From assembly GCA_039799085.1 (NCBI GenBank), contig JBDLTL010000002.1:1-57114 (forward strand): DNA of 57,114 nt, written 5' to 3'. The translations under genes and the position numbers were made by a program. This stretch comes from Candidatus Parcubacteria bacterium (GTDB taxonomy: Bacteria; Patescibacteriota; Minisyncoccia; Phycocordibacterales; UBA918). How positions within the stretch are numbered: position 1 is the stretch's first letter; each line of letters starts with the position of its first letter. Below are positions 51,522-57,114 of the stretch, in pieces. The notes below the pieces were generated by a model. That model ran no database searches, was not told the DNA's origin, and saw nothing but the letters and a program-made list of their open reading frames with translations.

Positions 51522-52688
51522 TTAGGACACTGCGACGCCTTGTTTTTTGAGTTTTTTGACCACTGCTGATTGATCGACAAATTCTTGGTTGCGGATGTTC
51601 AAATCACGAAGAATGACAGTGTTTTCGACGAATTCTTTCTGTCCGATGATGACTGCGTAGCGTACGCCTTTTGCTTCAGCGTCACGAAGTTGAGCTGAGA
51701 GTGAGTCACTCGCAAGGTTGTGCATGACAGGGATGCCAGCAAGGCGCATCTCGTCGATGAGCATAAGACTCTTGATCTTTGGACCAAAGCCAAGATGGAT
51801 AACGTAAACCGAAGGGATAGTTGATTTTACACGCGGAAGGCGACTTGGGATTTTGTTATCCTTCAAAATAGCGATAGCGCCGACTACGGGCGTACGACTC
51901 TTGGTGTTGCGCTGCATGTACTCATTGAAGCGACCGCCGCGAATGGTGAGTGGAGAAGGAGAGCCATCTTCGCTTGCGATATCAAGTGAAAAGATAGCAT
52001 CAGAGTAGTACTCGTGATGACCAAGCATTTTTGGATCAATTTCATACGGAGTTTCGCTCATGTCTAGGTACTCGATGATTTCACGGAAGTGCTTGCGGCT
52101 ACCGTCTGAGAGGAATTCTAGTGGGCTGGGGCTGCGGTGCGCGAGTTCGTGATCGACATCAACGAGATTAGAAAGAGCTGAGAGCGGGTGCTCTTTCATG
52201 AGCTCGCGTGCTTGTGGTGGCATGTGGTCGAGACGTTTTTTGAGGTAGTTGGTGATTTCACGAGTGTACCGCGTGACTGAGTCGCGGTCTCCAAGAGAAT
52301 TGATGCGTACAGTGTGGTCTGTGTGGCCGAGTTCGTTCGCGAGCGCACGTGACACTTGAATCAGAATCGCTTCTGCGATACTGCGCTCAACATTGAAAAT
52401 GTGAAAGGTCACGGCTGGTTCGCCAGTTTTTGGCATCTGGTCGACAGAGTATAGGAGGACAGGTTCACCAAGTGCGTGTAGCTTTTCTTCACAATAAGTC
52501 ACGACGCCATTACTAAGAAGGCCGCCATGCGAGTCGATTTTTTTGTTGGTCGCCGTTACTGTGTGTGGGAGCGTGACTTCACACTCTTTGCATGCCGGAT
52601 GTTTCCGCAACTGTTCAATGGTCTGAAACCCGTAGTGTTCAGCGGTTTGGTGTGCGACCTTCAAAAATTCAGTTGGTGAATATGACAT
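51522..52688 (-). CDS. Histidyl-tRNA synthetase-like protein (HisS/HisZ family) with degenerate N-terminal catalytic motifs
   Basis: RINSLGDRDSVTRY, IRGGRFNEY (motif 3-like) and a C-terminal anticodon-binding-like domain (VRYAVIIGQKEFVENTVILRDL). No clear RPEGT or motif 2 was seen by eye. Confidence 0.65.
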   Translation of the reverse strand: MSYSPTEFLKVAHQTAEHYGFQTIEQLRKHPACKECEVTLPHTVTATNKKIDSHGGLLSNGVVTYCEEKLHALGEPVLLYSVDQMPKTGEPAVTFHIFNVERSIAEAILIQVSRALANELGHTDHTVRINSLGDRDSVTRYTREITNYLKKRLDHMPPQARELMKEHPLSALSNLVDVDHELAHRSPSPLEFLSDGSRKHFREIIEYLDMSETPYEIDPKMLGHHEYYSDAIFSLDIASEDGSPSPLTIRGGRFNEYMQRNTKSRTPVVGAIAILKDNKIPSRLPRVKSTIPSVYVIHLGFGPKIKSLMLIDEMRLAGIPVMHNLASDSLSAQLRDAEAKGVRYAVIIGQKEFVENTVILRDLNIRNQEFVDQSAVVKKLKKQGVAVS

Positions 52689-52698
52689 GAATATGTAA

Positions 52699-53322
52699 TT
52701 ACAACTCGCTTATAAGTGGACTTGCGGCTCCTGGAAGGTGATCAATAACTGTTGGCGGGAAGAGGCGAACCCAAGCTCGTCCAACAATACGTTCTTCTTG
52801 TAGCACGCCCCAGGTCCGTGAGTCAGAGCTTTCGTCACGATTGTCGCCCATCACGAAGTATTCGCGGTCGCCGAGAGTCTCGGTGAGCTTTGGTGCTGGG
52901 GGCATTGCTTCAGCGTACGGTTCTTCGAGGGTGAATCCGTCTAGGTGCTGCTCATTGGTAATGGTTACGATACCATCTTCGATAGTTACGGTGTCACCAG
53001 GAAGTCCGATGATGCGCTTAATAAAGAACTTTGAGGGGTCGCGGGGGTAGCGGAAGATGATGACGTCACCTCGCTTTGGTTCGTGGAGGTAGTAGCTTAC
53101 TTGGTCGACAATGAGATACTCACCGCTATGGAAGGTTGTTTCCATCGAGGCACCAGAGACAATAAATGGCTGGGCCACAAACATGCGGATCGGCACGACA
53201 ATAAGAATCGCAATCAGCGAGAAGCGGACGATTTCAGCAAGAGGGTGCTCTGCATTCTCAAGAACAGTTTCATCAACGTCAGAGTGAGTAATATCTGTTT
53301 TTTTGTTTGAGAAGAATGACAT
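52699..53322 (-). CDS. lepB: Signal peptidase I
   Basis: SGASMETTF (catalytic Ser box), KRIIGLPGD (Lys box) and GDNRDESSDSR. ATG 53322 is preferred over TTG 53337. Confidence 0.9.
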   Translation of the reverse strand: MSFFSNKKTDITHSDVDETVLENAEHPLAEIVRFSLIAILIVVPIRMFVAQPFIVSGASMETTFHSGEYLIVDQVSYYLHEPKRGDVIIFRYPRDPSKFFIKRIIGLPGDTVTIEDGIVTITNEQHLDGFTLEEPYAEAMPPAPKLTETLGDREYFVMGDNRDESSDSRTWGVLQEERIVGRAWVRLFPPTVIDHLPGAASPLISEL

Positions 53323-53451
53323 AGCACTACGATGCAAAGCATTATACGAAAATTAAAATACGAACACAAACTTTTATGAAATTTTTCTTCATTGCGCCAC
53401 GACTTTTAAGCAAGCCAAGGAGAAGCTGGCTTCGACTATGGTTTTGCTTAC

Positions 53452-53506
53452 GCAGGCGCTTAGCATATTTCGACCTCCAAGGGAGAAATAGGCTGTAGCG
53501 AGCTGC
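53452..53506 (-). repeat. 55-nt conserved leader element, copy B
   Basis: The reverse complement is 53/55 identical to 9262-9316. It lies in the 5-prime leader of lepB. Confidence 0.8.
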
Positions 53507-53541
53507 GTCATGTATCGTAAGTTATTGACTTTTAGAAAAAA

Positions 53542-53547
53542 ATTATA
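53542..53547 (-). promoter_or_regulatory. -10 box (TATAAT, minus strand) upstream of the lepB leader
   Basis: A consensus TATAAT directly after the terminator-like hairpin of the upstream gene, about 30 nt before element copy B. Confidence 0.45.
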
Positions 53548-53576
53548 AAGGTACGTAAAATAAAGAAAAGGGGAGG

Positions 53577-54026
53577 TCATGTGCTGACCTCCCATAGTTT
53601 CTCCGTCGTGTGATAGACGGTGCCGGGGTATACCCCAGTCGTGGTGAAAAATGCTTCTTCGACGAGCGTGTCCATGATGCGCATCATATGTCCAGTCGTC
53701 AGGCGCTTGGTGTAGACCTCTTCCGGAAGAAGAATGTCCGGCTTCCGCACCACTTCGTCGCTGTCAGCGGTGATTTTGCTCGGCGGTACGGGCTTCTCGT
53801 AGAAGAAAAGGTAGATGCCAAGCGTGGCGATGGTAGCGGCTCCGCTCAAGAACTGCGCGCGTTGATAGTACGCAAAACGCTGGATATTCTCGAGGTGGAG
53901 ACGCTGGTAAAAGTGCTGATTGTCGTTGATGTGTGCGGCGAGTTCGTGAAGAGAGAAGTATCCCTCATCTTCAGCCATAATCTTGGCGATTTTGATGAGG
54001 AGGATTTTGGCTTCCTGGTCGTTCAT
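53577..54026 (-). CDS. Hypothetical protein with one central TM helix
   Basis: 149-aa ORF. No family recognised. Confidence 0.5.
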   Translation of the reverse strand: MNDQEAKILLIKIAKIMAEDEGYFSLHELAAHINDNQHFYQRLHLENIQRFAYYQRAQFLSGAATIATLGIYLFFYEKPVPPSKITADSDEVVRKPDILLPEEVYTKRLTTGHMMRIMDTLVEEAFFTTTGVYPGTVYHTTEKLWEVST

Positions 54027-54103
54027 GGTCGGATCCTTCGTGCTGTCCTGTCGCTATTTATACGTTTCTTGGTGTTTCTGTCAAAGGTTGTACAATATTT
54101 AGT

Positions 54104-54691
54104 ATGTTTTATATCGTCGGTCTCGGTAATCACGGAGAGAAGTATCAGAACACGCGACATAATGTCGGGTGGTCGGTCTGTGACTATGTGCGAGAGAAGG
54201 GTGGACTACCGACACTTGCTCCTGATAATTCTATGAGTGGACGAGTCACCGAAGGAAGTATCTCTGGCGTCGCGGTGCGTATGCTCTACCCAGACACTTT
54301 TATGAATAATTCTGGTAGTGCGGTGGCGAAGTTTGTGCCGAAAGCAGAGTTAGAAAACCTTATCGTGATTCACGACGATATCGATCTACCGCTTGGTGAG
54401 ATTAAGCTTGGGAAGGGGCGTGGCGATGGTGGCAACAACGGCATTAAGTCAGTCATTGAAAAACTTGGCACGAAGGATTTTATTCGGATTCGAATTGGTA
54501 TTGCGCCGCGAAGCTTTTGGAGTGGGGAAGTGAAACGACCGAAGGGTGGCGGTCCGCTCGAGCGATTTGTCTTAAAGCCATTTACGCGGAGTGAGGAAGC
54601 GAAGCTCGAAGAAGTAAAGGAGCGCGCCTACGGCGCGCTCCAAGAAACCCTCCTCCGTGGCCTCGAAAGCGCGATGAATAAATATAATTAA
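54104..54691 (+). CDS. pth: Peptidyl-tRNA hydrolase
   Basis: IVGLGNHGEKYQNTRHNVGW and VIHDDIDLPLGEIKL motifs. Confidence 0.95.
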   Translation: MFYIVGLGNHGEKYQNTRHNVGWSVCDYVREKGGLPTLAPDNSMSGRVTEGSISGVAVRMLYPDTFMNNSGSAVAKFVPKAELENLIVIHDDIDLPLGEIKLGKGRGDGGNNGIKSVIEKLGTKDFIRIRIGIAPRSFWSGEVKRPKGGGPLERFVLKPFTRSEEAKLEEVKERAYGALQETLLRGLESAMNKYN

Positions 54692-54767
54692 CCCAAGAAG
54701 CAGACGCAGTGCTTTGTTCGACACGCGTTCAATTTTTTCTTGGAAGGAAAAAATCGTCGCTATGCTC

Positions 54768-54811
54768 GAAGCAGAAAATCCCGAAGCCTAGGCTTCGGGA
54801 TTTTCTGCTTC
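54768..54811 (+). terminator. 44-nt perfect palindrome (probable terminator hairpin downstream of pth)
   Basis: gaagcagaaaatcccgaagcct / aggcttcgggattttctgcttc, with 22-nt arms and no mismatch. Confidence 0.6.
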
Positions 54812-54933
54812 TGCGCAATGTCTCACAAAACACCGCGGCTGCTTCTGATATGGTTAGACTTTTGAATATTTCTGTGATTTAGTGTGATTAGTTCGTTCAC
54901 GGGTTTCACCCATTTTGAGGAAGGATATTTGAC

Positions 54934-55722
54934 ATGCTGCAACTTAGCGTAGCAGAAGTTTCTGCAATCAACATCGTTGTTCGCTCCGTTCGGAATACTG
55001 CTCATCGTCAAACTCTAGCCGCCCGGCGTAGAGATGCTGCTGAAGCTGAAAAGCAAAAGAATCTGCAGCGCCGAACGGCTCTCCATCAAGAACGGTTTTT
55101 GGGTATCATAAGTCGTGCAGAGAAGGGTTGGCTCAGTTTGCTGACTGCTCTGCGCACTCCCAAATTGCAGGAGTTGTTTTCTCATACCCCTTACTTCGAG
55201 CTGTATTCGGCAGCTGATGAGGCAACCAATGTCGCTGTTGCGATCGTTGGCAACAAGATTGAGTTATCAATCACCGGCACACGCGTGTCTTCGTGCCAAG
55301 CTGCTGGAATGGCGACCTCATACAGGGATTGCCATACGACTCGCCGATATATCATTATTGACGATTTCGTGCCGGTGGCTTTCTTTCGAAGTATCTTCGC
55401 TGAAAATTTTGACTACGAGTGGTTCGATTGGCTTGAATCCGGCGAAGACTGGTCGGATGAATCTTTTGCTGAAGAAAGAGCTCGTGGTGTTGATTCACAT
55501 GCGCTCAAACAGTTCTTCAGCTTCAGTTCGACTTCAATCTTTTCCCAAACCCAAGAAATGATTGAAGATAATGACAATGCATCTCGTGAGGGTTTTCAAG
55601 TACTTCGAGCTTGGGAGGAGATGCATATCAGTCCAGGTTGGGTGCTGGTGCGATTCTTCCATGATTGTGCTGACCCTGAAGTGCTCGGGAGGCATCTGTC
55701 CGACGCGCTGAAGCGGTTGTAA
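54934..55722 (+). CDS. Hypothetical protein (262 aa)
   Basis: ORF preceded by the SD-like sequence GAGGAAGG. No family recognised. Confidence 0.5.
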   Translation: MLQLSVAEVSAINIVVRSVRNTAHRQTLAARRRDAAEAEKQKNLQRRTALHQERFLGIISRAEKGWLSLLTALRTPKLQELFSHTPYFELYSAADEATNVAVAIVGNKIELSITGTRVSSCQAAGMATSYRDCHTTRRYIIIDDFVPVAFFRSIFAENFDYEWFDWLESGEDWSDESFAEERARGVDSHALKQFFSFSSTSIFSQTQEMIEDNDNASREGFQVLRAWEEMHISPGWVLVRFFHDCADPEVLGRHLSDALKRL

Positions 55723-55744
55723 TCGCTATTCATCATCGTCCTTC

Positions 55745-55813
55745 ATGGCCGCCCCCTCAAAGGGCGGCCATTTGCTTTGTTACAAAAAATCCGCTCTCAA
55801 GAGCGGATTTTTT
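55745..55813. terminator. Two hairpins between convergent genes
   Basis: atggccgccc / gggcggccat, then aaaaaatccgctc / gagcggatttttt. Confidence 0.8.
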
Positions 55814-55830
55814 GTGCTTTGTATTTTTTA

Positions 55831-56922
55831 TTACGCAGCTTCGTTGGCTTCTTTGAATGAGAGGGTCATCTTCTGGTCGTTTGGTTCGAAGAGAGTAATC
55901 TTGAACTTGTAGACACCACCGAGAGAGAGGGCTGTCTTGAGCTTCTCTTCAGTTTCGAATTCAGAAACGTGAACGAGACCAGCTACACCTTCTTCGATTG
56001 AAGCAAGAGCGCCGTGCTTGTTGTACTTGATGACAACAGCATCAACAACCTGTCCCTTTTCGTACTTCTTGCCAGCTGCTTGCCATGGGTTTTCACGGAG
56101 CTGCTTGATTGAAAGAGAAACCTTGTCATCCTTCACTTCGATAATCTTCACATCTACCTTGTCGCCAACCTTGAACATACTCTTCGTGTCTTCCACGAGA
56201 CCCCAGTCGATTTCTGAGATGTGAACGAGACCTTCAAGACCTGGTTCGAGCTTAACGAATACTCCGAAGTCTACGGCGCCAGTCACTTCACCCTTCACAA
56301 TCTGACCGACTTCGTACTTGTTCATCTTTTCACCCTTTTCTTCCTTTTCTTGGAGGCTCTTCTCAGAGAAGATGAGCTTGTGTTCCTTCTGGTCGGCAGT
56401 AATCATGACGACAGAGAGACTCTTACCAATGAGATCGTTGAGGGCAGTGAGGATCTTGTCCTTGTCACCATCTGATACACGTGGGTAGTTTTCTGCTGAA
56501 AGCTGTGATGCAGGAAGGAATCCCTGGATACCTTGCCATTCGATGATAAGACCACCCTTGTTGGCGTCTTTTACAACGAGTGAGAGGACAGTTCCTCGCT
56601 TGACTGCTTCCTCAGCGTCTGACCAGATGAGAGCCTGACGAGCTTCCTTGAGAGAGAGTTCGATGTAGCCGTCTTCGTTTTCTGGCATAACCACCTTTGA
56701 AGCGATGGTGTCACCAGGAGACACTTTGCGAAGAATATCGCGAGCGTTCATGTATTCACGACCGTAGATGATACCGGTTCCGTGGGGAAGAATATCGATG
56801 TACACGCGAGCACGACCGATAGCTGAGACAACACCTTCAACAATCTGGCCTTCTTTTAATGGTTCTGGAGTCTGCGCCACGAAGTGGTGCATGATTCCTG
56901 AAACTACTGGAGTTTCTGACAT
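55831..56922 (-). CDS. rpsA: 30S ribosomal protein S1 (four S1 domains)
   Basis: Repeated S1 OB-fold motifs (G.IVEGVV, GFLPASQLS, GLVHISEI, GLVHVSEF). Confidence 0.9.
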   Translation of the reverse strand: MSETPVVSGIMHHFVAQTPEPLKEGQIVEGVVSAIGRARVYIDILPHGTGIIYGREYMNARDILRKVSPGDTIASKVVMPENEDGYIELSLKEARQALIWSDAEEAVKRGTVLSLVVKDANKGGLIIEWQGIQGFLPASQLSAENYPRVSDGDKDKILTALNDLIGKSLSVVMITADQKEHKLIFSEKSLQEKEEKGEKMNKYEVGQIVKGEVTGAVDFGVFVKLEPGLEGLVHISEIDWGLVEDTKSMFKVGDKVDVKIIEVKDDKVSLSIKQLRENPWQAAGKKYEKGQVVDAVVIKYNKHGALASIEEGVAGLVHVSEFETEEKLKTALSLGGVYKFKITLFEPNDQKMTLSFKEANEAA

Positions 56923-57114
56923 ATATTTATATCTTTTATTCCGACGACACGCGTCCGCTCAACTGTGTCTCGTGGCCATGTCCATGAGAGCGGGGTTAAA
57001 CGTGTGTCGCTAGAAGCTGTTAATTACCTATAAGGTGCGGCAAATATAATATAGAAAGGGTTTTTTGTCTATGTTTAAAAAGAAAAGCCGGCGCCTGGGA
57101 AATTCTTGAGAATT

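Noticed and set aside
1-57114. CRISPR arrays, rRNA operons, IS elements with terminal inverted repeats
   Set aside because: No regularly spaced direct repeats, no rRNA-like conserved stretches and no transposase-like ORFs were seen on either strand.

Overview
This 57.1-kb window is a tightly packed bacterial chromosome segment, roughly mid-40s %GC judged by eye. The gene content suggests a streamlined Patescibacteria/CPR-like organism; this is inference only. That content includes a short ValRS, MYG1, PrsW, an O-antigen-ligase/TPR fusion and many tiny unknown membrane proteins. Core genes are mgtE, rnpB (RNase P RNA), murJ, lepA, an ftsB-like gene, a glutaredoxin-like gene, hsp20, prsW, valS, tsaC, tsaD, an ABC exporter, glmS, trxB, a csoR/cstR-like repressor, ftsZ, ftsA, ybeY, rpsU, a HisRS-like gene, lepB, pth and rpsA. 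There are also tRNA-Arg(CCT), Phe(GAA), Val(GAC) and Glu(UUC). No rRNA genes or CRISPR arrays were seen. Two accessory regions stand out. (1) An AT-rich ~4.8-kb islet (14.7-19.5 kb) lies between valS and tsaC. It carries a GT-A-like/HAD-phosphatase fusion, a P-loop kinase and a NodU/CmcH-type carbamoyltransferase. (2) An ~14.5-kb mobile/defence island (about 30.5-45.1 kb) abuts the 3-prime end of tRNA-Glu. It holds an XRE/ImmA switch with three GTAAC-N5-GTTAC operators, a ParB-methylase, small and large terminase genes without any capsid genes, and a large serine recombinase. It also holds a four-gene operon (C-protein, Type III mod, Type III res, unknown 329-aa protein) and a retron-like locus. 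The retron-like locus is a reverse transcriptase with NAxxH-type motifs plus an upstream non-coding region closed by a 13-bp inverted repeat, and it has no obvious effector gene. Other non-coding signals are listed below. These include a 55-nt element (53/55 identical) in the long leaders of the ftsB-like gene and lepB, a hairpin-rich ORF-free stretch after MYG1, and a csoR promoter with an embedded palindromic operator that probably gives a leaderless mRNA. All functional calls rest on motif recognition by eye and need HMM/CM confirmation.
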